Assembly (NCBI GenBank): GCA_900088475.1
Contig: FLMG01000355.1
Span: 326,275 to 390,274 of the forward strand
From: Hyphochytrium catenoides
Taxonomy: Eukaryota > Protista > Hyphochytriomycota
DNA length: 64,000 bases
Direction: 5' to 3'
Made by a program: the position numbers and the translations under genes. Below the pieces are notes generated by a model. That model worked only from the letters and a program-made list of their open reading frames with translations, did no database searches and was not told the DNA's origin. Below are positions 49,424 through 62,870 of the stretch, piece by piece; position 1 is the first letter of the stretch, and every line of letters begins with the position of its first letter.

Positions 49424-52400
49424 TTAGCGCTTACTTCTAGCCAAGTAGGCTGCTATACCTATGGCCGAAGCCGCTAGGATGACTGGAGAGAGATATTGGT
49501 AGCGGTTTGACCCGCGACCCCGCGTTACTTCCGTGCTAGGGGGAGATCTGCTTTGAGAGCAAGGAGACATTGAGAAAGACACAACAGCTTAGGTTCGAAG
49601 CACACTTCGACATAGCAGAAGTCTCTTTGCGTCACTCCTCTCCCCTAGTGCAGTGGGTTCCAAGCCCCACAACTCTGTATTGGCGACCGAAGTTGGCGAC
49701 TCATGACTCATGCATCAGCTCTCCGTTCGCTATTCACCAGCGACCCCCCTGTCGATGCCTTCTTTGGGACTCACCTTCGAGGCTCCGACGCTGGTGAGGC
49801 TGAGGCTGCCTCCTGCAATGAGTCAAAGATGGTTCGCTGGTTCATCTGTTGGACCATTCCCCAGACGATGCCCCTGTTCCCTGTTGCTTCTTTACTCGAT
49901 CGTGTGTAGACCCGCAGACGAAGGCATGAACGATTTAAGGAGCGGGCTACCGTGACTGCCAGTGCGAGGTCCTCGTCGGTCACCAAGAGTACCTAGGGCA
50001 TAGCACCCTTTAGTGAGAACTCTGAATAAAGTCTTTCTAACAAGATCACCTATCCTCCTGGGCAACTCATTTTCCCCTGTCTCTCAAGAGCCAACTCTCT
50101 CCGCCGCTTCTACTTTCATCTGCTGTCATTCCTTCCCTATCCGAACCGGCGTCACTCTATGTCTAATGAAGCTGCTTTGGCAATGACTCTCTGTTCTGCA
50201 CCTTACCTCGTCATCCTCGTCATCAAGGTACTTCATGAGAGGGATTGCATTCATGCCTGTGCGGCTCCGTACTTCCAACAGCAAACTCTGAATAAGCGAG
50301 AAGAGAATATGGATACAGGCCGGAAAGTTAGTTGTAGCAATATCGTCCTATATCGTCCTTTCCCTGCCTGTTGCTCAGTCCCTTCCCTGTTCCACGCTCT
50401 AATAATAGTGACAACCAGCCGATTGTCAAATCTTATCTATCCCGTCAAGCGGATCACATGTATCATCTCTCAATCACTGTTAGCTGACGCAGGGAAGGGC
50501 TCACCTGAAGCTTGTCAACTCTTGAGATGAATTTGTGCATGTTGCCGGCTTCATCTGTCATTTTGAATGTGAAAAGAAAGGGTGGAAGGCTTGCAGGATC
50601 GTGGCTACTATCCTCGGAGTTCTGTTCTCTACTCCCTCGCGTCTCTTTTCCAGCTCCCGCCATTTGGCTGCTACCTGACCCGCCCGAACCCCCGCGCTGG
50701 ATGCTGCTCATCTGAAGGACAGTAAATAACGTCCGAAAAGAGAAGACAGGATGGAGGTTTAAATGGATGGACAACCCCAGACAAATCTCAAGCTGTTCGT
50801 TATGCAACCCTACCTGATCTACCACCGCATAAGTCAAGTGCAGCACATCAACAACGGCAATAACTTCCCCAGACTCTCCAAGGATCGGAAGATGAAGATA
50901 CTTGCCATCGTGCATAAGATGTAGCTGAAGATGGGGTAGAGCCGAGGATAAAAAGCGGACGATAGAGCCTAGTGAGCCCCATGAGGTGCAAAAGCTATAG
51001 GAATTTAAGCAAATAGGAGGGTTCAATCAACAGCCGAATACTTGGCGCCAAGCAGAGGACATACTTGGCGCCAAACAGAGGACACACAGGGTGGGCACAA
51101 GTCACAGTAACAAGGGATCACCTCGCAGGGTCCTATAGACAGGACTAGCGTAACCTATAGACAGGACTAGTGTAAAGACGAATAGGAACATAGACCTAGA
51201 GGAGTACAAGGAGGAGGCAGAAAGCAGCAATGCAAACAGGGCCGGGAGGATAAGAAAGCTTACGGCGTCAAGTATGGAAGTGTCAAGGTTGGCGTAGTCC
51301 GGGTTTCTAGTCATTACAGTCTCTACGGCGACAGCCTCTGGGTCTATACTACGGCTGATGACGCGATGGACCAGGTCCTTAGACGTGAAGATACCAGCCG
51401 GAATACCCTCCGAGTCAAAGACCATCACTAAGGACACAAGTAAGAGGAAGAGTGCATTCAGAGAAACTTCACCGAGCCCATCGCAGTAACTATGGGCAGA
51501 AACAGATGCCCGAAAGAATTGGTCGACGATAAGCCTTGTTGGCATCTGAACGGGAGAGAGCATGCAACCTTGTGGTACGCTAGACTACTAATTGTTGATA
51601 TCCTACCTGCGCAGTTCCCAGCCCCGAGCATAACTTCTGCCGCCTCTCTGCAGGTCGCACCGCCAGTTACGTGAGGCACGGTGGCTCTGGAGGAAGGAGG
51701 AAGTGAACGCAGAGTGGGAAGAAAGAGCTATGCACGAGTTAGAGGTGTGCGCTCGTTTACAGAGAAGAGACAGCAGTGGCTATATTCTTGTACCTTCTGT
51801 CGCATTTCTTCAAAGAGACTACCAGCTGATTCTCGATGCTTTCCCAATACTTCTTTATCTAGCTGAGAGCATTGGCACAGAGTAAGAGGCGGAGACATGG
51901 GAGTTTTAGCGGTTTGAGAGGGAAAGTAGAGTAAGACGATCCACCTACTTTATCTACCGCATTGAGAAACCGGGAGGACGACTCTTGATAAGCGAGCTCA
52001 ATCTTTGTGATGCAGTCATACAAACACTTGGTGATATCCAGCAGTCCCACCACTTCCATAACACGCGGACCAGATGGAGGAGGATGTCATGTTTGAAGGA
52101 GGATCAGTCATGGTGACGAAAGAGCCCAATGCGCAGAGAATGGGGAGATAGGGCGAAGAGCAGGCTCAAGTCTGTCGGAGAGAGGAGGAATACTCGCAAT
52201 GTAAGACAACCTCTCAGGCCCCAAGGGCACTCTACTAGTCGCCAAGTGGCTCAGCATAAAGCTACTGTAAAGAGAGGATAGGAGAATCATTCAGTACCCT
52301 TTCCATCTTGGAGCACAGGAAGGTGCCTAAAGTGGCCTGTCGCCATGGTGCGGAGCGCGACCATGGCGCTAGCCTCAGGAGTCACCCAGCGGGGATCTTT

Positions 52401-53257
52401 AGTCATTACGGCGGAGACAGGAGTGTCTTCGGGGCTCAGTCCGCGGGCTACTACGCGAAAAGCGATGTCCTAGAAGCAACGAAGGAGTATGTGAGGAAGA
52501 CAAGGTGCAGGAGGAGCCACCAGGATGTAGATCTGAGGTGGGCAGTTGAAGAGCCCTGGCAGGGCATAAAAAGTGGTGGCTTGCCTTGTCTGTGAGGATG
52601 CCAGAGAGAGAGCCTGACTCCGAGGTGAGAATGATGGCATTACACCTCTCCTCTGCCATACGTTTTACTGCCTCTGCCACACTGATCGCATCAGACTGCG
52701 CAGAAACCTAAGTGGCAATATTGTGCGATGGTTAAGAGAGGCAGGCGTTCAAGGGGAAGGGGTGTAAGTCCAGGAAACAGTGGTAGCCACAGAAAGAAGA
52801 AGAGAAAGACAGAGCGACACACTAGTAACAGAACTCTCTCCACTCGCAGCCCACCAAGCAGGTCAACTAAAAGTAAGTTGAAAGGACAGCAAAGAGCTGG
52901 CACAACAAATCCTGGAATTCTTCATCAAGCTCTGCAAACACTTGCAACAGAGAAGAGAAGCTAGAGCACCTATAAAGAAGGACATGAAGATCTTTGAGAA
53001 AGAACGTGAAAGACAATCTCAGAAAAAACGTGAAAGACAATCTCAGGTCGGAACACAGAGTGAATGTGGTGGGAAGATCCCGTGCCGACCTTGCTTGGAC
53101 GGAGGCGGCTCACGGTCCGCCCAAGTTTATGTTGTGCCGCCCTCCTGCTTCTTGGTGTCGCGGTAGGAGTAGGAGCCGCAGCTCTCCCAGTGCTTCGCCG
53201 CACATCATCCGCCAAAGGCTGCTCGTCACCTACTGGGTCCTCCGCTTTCTGCTCCAT
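49424..53257 (-). CDS. CBS-CBS-PB1 tail-anchored protein (plant CBSCBSPB / fission-yeast Mug70-like)
   Basis: RTVSRLRPSK; SGILTDK|DIAFRVVARGL..VMT..FRHLPV; GLLDITKCLYD; GIFTSKDLVHRV; MHDGKYLHLP; PB1 FTFKMTDEAGNMHKF..YLDDEDDE|VLLVTDEDL; C-terminal TM VILAASAIGIAAYLARSKR*. One GC-AG donor near 52584. Confidence 0.9.
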
Positions 53258-56200
53258 CCTTCACTTTGAGACGTTCAATAGAGGACTGCCGATCTGCGCC
53301 TGCAAGTAACCTAATGGGTGGTGATTACCGCTGACATGATGCCTCAAACGTTCTTCTCTATCTCTCTTTTCCTCTCTGTGTCCTACTGCAGTCGCAATGG
53401 TGCTATCGACGGTTCTCTGGAGTCTCTTCCTCTAGGAAATGTCAAATGACGATTTCGTTGACGCTGGCCGCAGGGCACTTAGAGAGGGACACAGAGCAGA
53501 TAGATCGATAGGCAAGACGGCGCAACGGACCACAAGGCAGAGCAGAGTAGAGTGAGAGCAGGCATTAAGTGAAGAGAGCGAGCGAGAGAGAGTGGAGAAC
53601 GAGAGAATGAGGAGCGATTAGGACAGGCTTCCAGGAAAGCAGCAGAAAGATGATGATGCAGACATGTTCGGCCTTCGAAGTGAGACAGAGTTGATTCTTA
53701 GTCAGAGAGAATGGGGTTAAATGTATCATCTAGCATCACAAGAGATAGTCACAAAAGCTGGCAGAGATGGAGAAGGACGCTGAGTTGAAGTACATAACTT
53801 TTTGGAGGAACATTCCACTACACTGTCGGATAAGGGGAGTAGGATCAGGTAATAGGGGCACTTTTGTACAGAGCTACCTGGGGCAAAGGGGAATACGTTA
53901 GGGTCATTGACCTTTGCGGTAGATTCGTTCTGAAGATTTGAGAAACGGATTGTGAACTGACGGAAGCTTCAGAATGTTGAAGCCTCAGATAGGAGAAGAT
54001 GATCAACTGAGGAGTCTGATAGACAAAAGCTCCAGATAACTTTTGACGATCGCGGAGCTCCATCCAAAAGCGTTGCTCCGTGACGTGAGGAAAGACTAGA
54101 TGCAAAAGGTTCATTTCTTTTTGAGTGTGGAAGGATAATGTAAGTGGGAAGGATCTTGACCTTCCGGAGAAGAACGACAGGAGAAGGAAGTCAGGAATAG
54201 CCTTGATAATGTGAGGCATTGAATCTGGTCCCATCCCTACTGCATCATCACTCTCTACCCCAGCTATAACAAGCCTCCAAGGAGTGATCGTTTGCTGGAA
54301 GCTGCAAGTCGCCCCTGCCATTAATCCTCTGCAGACTTTCTGATATCTTGCAATTGCCGCGATATTCTAGTATACCCTGGACTGGTCGGTTGACCCCTAT
54401 ATATTAGCAGCATTTTTCTGGACTCATAGATAAAAGTCCAATCTTGTCTGCAAGGGAACCTCGTAGAATACGAAGCGCTAAGCCTGAGTTGATATGCCGC
54501 GGTGACGCAGAGCACAGTGACGAAGAGGCGTAGAAACGACTATCCAAAGTCGAACCCTCAGACGAGAAAGAAGAGATAAGAGAGACAGTTGGGAAGAAAG
54601 ATCCTGGAAGTTAACTGACCCCGAAACACCATAGAGAGCCTAAACCAAGCAGGAAATGGCCCAACCCCACTTCTACTGCCTCCCTTTTGGGCAGGACCAG
54701 GGGCAACCAGAGGACGGACTAAGTAATCTCACTGGAGGACTCAACCCAATATACAGGCAACTAAAGGTAAAAGAAAGGTGTACGCGTCATCAAGTGCCTC
54801 ATCTATCTATGGGCTATACTAATATATTCCCTACAAGCAACGAGATTCCTCCCTTGCAAATACTGTGCGGCTCCCATGTGTGCCAGTTTGGCCTTGCACA
54901 GAATGGGTTAATAGATGAGCACTTCTTGAACTATCAAGCTTAGCGATGTGTGGCGACTTAGCATTCAGGAAATGGCTTTCTTCCCCTTGGCGGACTGACT
55001 GATAACGCTAGGCTTTCTCCAGTCTGCAGTGAGTGCGAAAGATTCTTCATAAGAGAGAATGAGAGCGTTGGCATTACTAAACCTTGACACCATCAAGATA
55101 GAGAGTTACGAAAGGACAATGATGATTGATCTATCAAGGCCAGCTTCCGCACAGCCAGGTAAGTGATAGGCAATGACTCTCCTCTCACTGGCTCTCTTTG
55201 GAGCGGCAGGAATGTCTGTAGGGTGTTACCTCACACATCGCTCATTACCTTCCTAGTGGCAATACATGGTAATACGTTGACTAGCGCTTTGGAATCCTCG
55301 TTAGCCTTTCTTATATCTTACTCAGACAGGACAGTCGTTCTTCGCTTGTGGTCGTAGGAGCGCTAAGTCCAACGAAGAGCCTGGTCAGTCCCCTGGACCA
55401 CTTGATGACGCTATGAATCTCCCACGGCGCATGTGCACTATTTCTTCTCTTATACGTGCTTCCAGAAGTATCAGGGACACCAATGCTCCGTGACTGGTTT
55501 ACAAGCGCCACCGCGGATAGGCTTTTAGAAGCGAAGCGGTGGAGGATCGTGCATAAGACAATAGACTTTAGCTACCTCTTAGGGCAAGGATGCCTGCCAG
55601 AGAATGCTTCTTCGCCGACTGACTCCGCATACATTGCCTATCTTGTCTCCAACTCTCTGAACAAGTTCCTCTCTCACAAGGCCTCCACCACCAAGGGACT
55701 CGATGCACGATCCACCCACCGAAAGATCTGTCCGTTACACCTTCAAGGTAAGCTTATTAGTAGTGGATCATTCTGTATAGAGATACTGCTTCTCAAGAAT
55801 ACCCACGCAATAACACGGTCATATCAGTGATAGCTAGATGGGTCTTGGGTCTTTTGGTGGGAAAATGGTTGGCTCTGAGACCACGCGCCATGGTCAGGTC
55901 AGACCACTCATTATTCATGAGGCCATTGTGAGGCCTCTGGTCGAAGTGGCGCCACTCCCTATACCTCCTTCCTTCCAAGCCCTTCATTTCCGAAGATTCC
56001 AAAGACCCCATCCAGAGCCCGTGAACTTTGAAGGCAATTGGAGCTTTTCAAAGCATTGCAAAACTTTATGTTAGCGTCTGGATCCCGATCCACGAAGAAA
56101 TGTTGGCAGCTGTAAAGCCTAATCGATTCAGCTTGTTTTGTTGCACCTTCATTTCCTCTGGGATCGGAAGTTCCACCGCTAATAAGCAGAGTTTTGATTG

Positions 56201-56749
56201 CTGAGACGGCTGCCACGACAGTATTGAGACGATTTGGGCCCTTATCCTACTCGCAGTGATGCACTTATGGAGTTTTCAGAGGCGGAAGTGATGACCGATA
56301 ACTTCTTTCCCCATATGATCGACGCTGATTCGATTGAAAGACGGGCGGCTTTTAGCCAGGAGCTTGCCTCGTTGTCTGATCCTCACTCTGAACTCACCGG
56401 GACTCAACTTTTGAGACCTTTCCAACTGCGTCTTTTCTGCGATTCTGAAGTAGCATGCGCTTCTATGGTGTCAAGTGATTACACACTAGATGACGAATCT
56501 GATCAGGCTCAGGCTAAAGGCTTCGTTCGATGTTTTATTGAACGATGTCGGAGGTTTGGTCTATCAAAGTGATGAGCATCGAGGCATTTGTATGATGACA
56601 TTAGCGTTGCCGCTTTCGAAGTCCATGAGGACGTTGATCTGGAACAGCCGATGATGCAATACTATATTTGCTACTCTTGACTGCTTGAATGACGACATTT
56701 AACCACCAAGATCGCTGAGGCTGTTGCTTAATAGTTCTTCCTTTTCCAT

Positions 56750-57090
56750 TGAAGTTGACAATGATTCAAACGAATAGGGACATCTGCAGCGATCATCGCG
56801 TTGAAGATATCACCGGGAAAATAGTAGAACCAAATGAGTCGACTTTGGGAAAGCGAATGCGGGTAATAAACGGTGTGTAAGGAACTGGAAAGCAGTACAG
56901 TGTCTGTTAGCTCATATCAGTAAGGATAACGATAATGTTCTAAGGTGTTTGATCACATTTGCTAAGAGTTGTTTACGCACTGACACAAAGAGTCATTTAT
57001 CTGCTGGGAAAAGTGATGCCACTATCATGGAATCCCAAGCACCTCTTCTCTTCAATCCAGATCCTTGGGAGTATGTGGCCTCTCAAGTAT
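56750..57090 (+). mobile_element. Possible highly decayed Merlin/IS1595-type transposase fragment
   Basis: 56776-56856 reads RDICSDHRVEDITGKIVEPNESTLGKR, resembling the Merlin motif REVC...GKIVEIDESKFGKR. Surrounded by stops and frameshifts; no TIRs found. Confidence 0.35.
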
Positions 57091-57622
57091 AAAGTTTAGC
57101 AGTGTATGACCTACCATACTCTCTGTGTGCGGCCTTAGGAAGACTTCCACCATCGCGCGCTTCCGACGTTCACTCTAATAAGCTAATAGGCCGCTTTCAA
57201 GTCCGCTGCAAAGAGAGAGAGATATTTTATAGATAAAGCGTGGTCAGGACCTCACGACTATAATGATGACAATCATCAGTGAGATCATGAGCTTCCTTCC
57301 CTCCCACTGTCCCCACTGTGGTATCATCTGATAACTGAGGTGATCCAGTTTGAAGAGAGATTCTCGAGTTTGGAGGCCCGCTAACGACATGTGGAGCCTC
57401 CTAACTTTTTTTGACAAGAGAAAATGGGGAGAGTGCGGATCTTCGGCTCACCTCCATAAGAAAAGAAGAGCTTTCTGCAGATGAGTGGATCGCTTGACGA
57501 AGTCTCCACGTGGAAATCTAGCAGTCCCTCTTACGTTTTGCTGCCAAACGGAGGCCATCTACTTTCTAGACAAACTTCCGCGGCTTGGTGAAGGTGCAAG
57601 AGACAGATAATATACTAGCACC

Positions 57623-59244
57623 ATGGCGGACAACGAACTTGCCAGGGCGCTGGCAAGAAGAAGGGCAAAGGCTGGGGAATCGGGAGACGCTTCATCTTCA
57701 CAAGCTGGACAACAGCCGCCGTCGGACAAAGCAAGGTCTCCCACTTCCAAGCCACCCTCTACTGTTGGAATGTCTATACAGGAGCGTATTGCCATGATGA
57801 AGAAGAGCGCGGAGTCCTCCTCCACGCAGCCATCCATAACTGACGTGAGGTCTCCATCTTCCATGCCAAGCCCACCAGTGCTTCAGGCTCAGCGCTCAGC
57901 TGGGAGCTCGACATCATCTGTCTCTGCTGCGCACTCCGCCTCCAGCGAAGCATTCAAGGCTATGAGTTCGCCAGTTAGCGAAGCATCGCCGCTCTTGCGT
58001 ACTCCTTCGATAGAGAAGGTGCCCTCGGTGGCTATGGAAAATCTGACTGTTTCCGAGGGCCAAGGTTTTTCTGCCTCTCCTGAGTCGACAAGTGGAAAGA
58101 AAGTGTCATCTGGGATTCATGAGCGGCTTGCAAAGCTTGGCGCTGTCAATGTGGGTGCTTTCATGCCAGGGGCTGGGTAAGCTTATATTCTACATTGTCT
58201 GTAACTATCTGGCCACACACAGACCCGTTGAACGATTGGCTACCCTCGAATGATAACACGCAGGCCACCAATCAAAAGGACAAGTTACTCTGAAGATTCT
58301 AGGGAGTCGGAAGAGAAGTCTCATAATTCACCATCCTATGAGAACTACGGACCCATCGCTATGCCTGGGATGGCAAAAGCGGGTGGAATAGGCTTGCCCG
58401 GATTAGCTAGCCCAAATCTGCCCAACTCTACAGACCCTGCAGAAGCCGGTAAGCCTTGAATCAGTTCGAAAGCCTTTGCCGTTACTCAGGTTTTCCTCTT
58501 GGCCACACGGACAGGACAAAGCTCTTCAACGATGTCTCATGTGAGTAGTACTCTCTAACCTCTCTTGTGCGAGTGATACCACTAAATCTGTCCATGGCGT
58601 AGACAACCATGTCGCGAGTGACTGGTCCTGGCAAACGACGGCCTGTTAGAAAAGCTCCCATATCAGGACTAGCAGATGTTGGTGCGGTTGAGGTAAATCA
58701 ATTTTTAGCGCCGACACCAGCTTTTTGGGCTGGTCTAACATTTTGGCTGCAGCCTATCGCAACTACTCCCTCGGAGCAAAGTAAGCCGGAAGAGGGTTCC
58801 CTGTTCGCTAATACAAATGAGGAGCCCGGTATCCAAATGCCGCCAACCCAGTCGACGGAGCTCAAGGAAGCGACAGAACCGTTGTTATCCCACCAGCAGC
58901 CACAGCCAACATCCAGCTTTGCGGATGCGTCTGACGACGACGGCTGGGACGATGACCGCCCTCTCTTTGCCACACAGACAAATCAGCATCCTCCCACCCA
59001 TATCTCAAGCCAGCCTGTCCAAGTTCCTTCTACCTTACCCTATGGGCAGACAACACAAGAGAGCTCTTTATCCTCACCTACTCCCGCTGTGTCCCGTCCT
59101 CCTCCCCCGCCAGCTTCTATCGCAGCTAGTCGTCTTGCTGGCGTAACCAGTGGCTTTCGCCCTCCTCCTCCCCCTCCTCCCCGTCCAGCAGGATCTGCTC
59201 AAGATAGCGACGATGACGACAACGATGACAGTCTTTTCGGCTGA
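57623..59244 (+). CDS. Disordered Pro/Ser-rich protein with a capping-protein-interaction (CPI)-like motif (CapZIP/FAM21-like)
   Basis: At least four exons. Spliced TMSH|TTMSRVTGPGKRRPVRK resembles CPI LxHxTxxRPK..RRP. Polyproline tracts and acidic-LF motifs (DDDGWDDDRPLF, DSDDDDNDDSLFG*). Confidence 0.7.
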
Positions 59245-59708
59245 GCAGCCGCATCTTCCGCCAAATAAATCACCTGAACGACACACTGCTGCCCAGAACT
59301 ATTATCATTGTATTGGATTGGTTTGACCTTTGCCTTGGTCGTTGTAGTTGTCCACAGCCCAGGTTCTAAGATTATCATGGTAGTTCGTTCTCACTTTGCA
59401 GGTTGTATCAACCAGAAAATCAGCTTGGTGTGCGGTTAGCGGCTCTATGTAACGCTATTTTTGGCTTGCAGCTTCGCATCTTCTCACCTCACGTCACCGC
59501 CCCGCCTCGCGCCGCGGAGGATGGTTCGGATGCCAGCCGCCGCCCAGCAGAATGCACTGCGAAAGTACGTGTCAGGGTCAATGCGCCTGTCGCGATCAGT
59601 TTCCATCTTGCCAAATTGAGGTCATTCCCCAGAGTTGCTCAGCATCAACGTACATTCCGCTTCTTTATACGGTTAATATCCTCTCTACCTCCAGCCCCAG
59701 AAGCAGCC

Positions 59709-60113
59709 ATGCATCACAACTACCCTTTCGTGCGCGTTCCACGCGCGATGCTCTTTATCTTAACCATCCTTTCGATGGCTTTGATCTCCCAGCGCGCAAC
59801 GACCACTGAAGGGAGCGGCCTGAACATGAAAGGTTATCGAAGAAGCCTTCAGCAGAAGGTGTTTAATGTTCAAGACAATGATTGCGACGAGCTCGTGGAA
59901 CTTCGCCATGGCAAGGTCGTTATCTCGGGCAATACCGCCCATTATACATGTGACCGAGGGTTCATCCTCGATGGTCCTGCCAAGAGGCTTTGCCTAAAAG
60001 ACATCGGCCTATGGTCCGGAATGCCGCCGACCTGCAGAGCCTACTACTCACGTAGGCGGGACAACACATTCCGAAGCGGAGACAGAGGATATAAGCTCGG
60101 TTCAGAAGCCTAG
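59709..60113 (+). CDS. Small secreted single-Sushi (CCP/SCR) domain protein
   Basis: ATG at 59709, hydrophobic signal MLFILTILSMALIS. CDEL..LRHG....GNTAHYTCDRGFILDGPAKRLC....LWSGMPPTC fits the 4-Cys/Trp Sushi consensus. Confidence 0.85.
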   Translation: MHHNYPFVRVPRAMLFILTILSMALISQRATTTEGSGLNMKGYRRSLQQKVFNVQDNDCDELVELRHGKVVISGNTAHYTCDRGFILDGPAKRLCLKDIGLWSGMPPTCRAYYSRRRDNTFRSGDRGYKLGSEA

Positions 60114-60303
60114 AGAGTAACGCAAGAGATAGGGCCATAAATAACGATAGCACGTAGTAAATAAACACAATATTTATTATGATCCGTCACACAAGACTGT
60201 GGACGACTGACTATCAGTACTTCGCATCGTCACGACATAGTTCTAGACCGCGACAAAGAACATCTACTGTCCAATATAGGACCATCTGTCCTTGTTCTCT
60301 CTC

Positions 60304-62828
60304 TTAGCGTCCTACTCCTGTGCCCAGTAAGAAAGGAATCCAAGATCGAGGAATGTAAGCCAGAGCTCCAATATAGACTTGGTCCTGGTGGAAGCTCCTG
60401 GCGTAGTATTCCATGGAATAGAGCACCAAGAGCAGTCCATTACCCAGCGCCAGCATGAGCCACATGAAGATATTCCAAAACCTATCCTTCTTCTTCCCAG
60501 TTAGGAATGTAAATAGCACTCCTGGGCCGCCGAACATCAGAAGTAGAACTGGGTAGAAGTATCCCAAGGCGCACGCAATAATGTACTCGTGAATAACTGC
60601 AGAAATGCCAAACGCCGCTAGTTTGGCTGCGGGTCTGGAGAAACCGGCCAGTTCGTTAAGATCCAGGTAGAGGTAGGAATGAATCCAGTCGTGCACTACT
60701 CCATTCCACTTGCGATAGAAGGTCGCCCAGTCGCGAGCATTCCACCAATCCTCATAGAATTGACGGTCAGCAAAGCCCGTAACCTCTGCTCCGAGATTTT
60801 GTATGGAGTGGAGCACCTGTGAATGTGAGACATCAGTTTGCTTATCCCAAAAGCCCCAATTTCTACTCCTGTCATGCAGCAGAGAAGAGTAGAGAACAGG
60901 AAAGAAGCGCAATTACGTACCATAAAGAACCCCGTCAACATCGTCATCATGCCCGGTAGCATGGAGCGAAAAACCGCCACGATAAACTCCTTAAGCGTCC
61001 AAGGAGTGGACTGATCTGCCTTCTGAATATTGGGCAACGCCATTCTGAAAATGACGAAGAAGTAGTAGATGATGCCCAAGACCTCCAGCAGACGACGGAA
61101 GACGAAGTCCCATCGGACGCGACGCGTCTGAGGATAGTTCGTGCGATATACCAAGGTCGGGATCCACATGAAGTAAAAGAAGCTGCTAGCCTGCATCGTT
61201 AAGGAATAAAGAAGAAGAGGTTAGAGAGATAAGACTATCTTCTCGAAGAAGGCATTTCTATTTTGTACGAGAGAGGACGGGAGCCCCCAAACGACCATGA
61301 CGCCGGAGGGCATCAGGGACTATCACAATCTCTTCCTTTTATCAGAACGCCGGAGTAAACACGAGCATTTGTCACCAAGCGACAACATGGGAAACACTGC
61401 CAACAAGGAATCACAGATATGGAAGACGGACCTCTTGCTCCCAGTAAGACCTGGTCGGAGGATAAAGTGGTTTGAACGCATTTCCGTCCTTCCAGCAAAG
61501 CTTCTCCCTGAAGTACGCATGCATCTTCATGCTCATCCTGGTTTGTTCACAAAGTATAAGCGCTGCAGCTGCAGGCTTCACCACCGCAGCCACACCGGAG
61601 TCATATAATACGATGTACGCGTAGGTGTAGTACAGCGTCTGCACCAGGGAAAGGGTGAGTGGCACAAAAGAGGAGAAGAAATGGAAAGAGACAAGGTCAC
61701 CAGGAGTGCGCTTAACTCTGGAACAAGTCAGTTAAAAACTCTACCGTCAAGTACTAAAGAAAGAAGGATACTTAAACGCGGGCGATAGGAAGATGAAGCG
61801 CACAAGATGATCTTGAAGCGAGCCAAAGTCTAGATGGCAGATGGCAATAATGTATGTCAACAGGGGTCACTGTTTACCTGCAAGAGGACGTAGGTAGATA
61901 GCAAAACCAGTCGTACAGCCCCAGAGCTGATCGCCGTCACATAGGCGAGAGGAATAATAGAGAAGGAGCAGACAAAGAACAGAATCCAGCTTCGAAGAGC
62001 GATTGAGATGCCTTGGAATGCCCAGGTGAGGAGCTCAGCGACGAAAATTGTGCCCGTCTCATAGTAATCGTTGATTGCGACATTCAGCCCGAACATGATT
62101 AGGACCGCAATAGCTAAAAGAAGGGACAGGAACATTCACGGGGCGGGGAGAAGGAAGCAATGAGGAAGACATTGACGACAACGTCAGTAACTGAGCACGA
62201 AGGGCTAGGAACTTACTGAGCACGAAGGGCTAGGGGCTCTAATGCGCACAGAGCCGAGACGCAATAGAATGCAATGAAGCGTAATAAACTCAGCCAGAGT
62301 ACGTGAGAGAGGGTGAAGGGCCTGTCAAGATAATAGCAAGCCAAAATAGCAGAATGCGTCGACGAAGAGGGAATTGAGATAACGTATCCCAGGCAGTGAG
62401 AGTGTCTCCTTACCGATGTTGAAGATCGTCTGATAATGGTCAATAGCCAGCATTCTATAAAGAAGAGACTCTCTTGCCTCGAACAGCTTTCTTCCTCCTT
62501 TCTTCTTTCTAGTCTCTGCTGATGCAGATTCAGAAGAAGAGGCCACAGCTACATTCTCCACCTCATCAAATAAAGCGCCGACCACAGATCTGAGGTTGTC
62601 GATCTCTAGGTTCATCTGTCTTTGAAGCTTGGCGATCTGGCTGTCCACACTGTCTTGCACGGTCGTCATCAGAAACTGAAGCTTAGCTTCCGTCGTCCGT
62701 TTCTCTTTTATAGAAGCTTCAACTAAAAACAGACACAAGTTAGAGAGCCCAAGCAGATAAAGAAGTGGTAAGAAAGGAAAGTGCTAGTGAGGTCGGACCA
62801 GCAGAGACAGACAAGTGAAGCGGAGGGC

Positions 62829-62870
<42 letters not shown>

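Noticed and set aside
59403-59708. N-terminal extension of the Sushi ORF (likewise 2914-3009 and 11316-11651)
   Set aside because: These begin at non-ATG codons; downstream ATGs give proper targeting or myristoylation signals.
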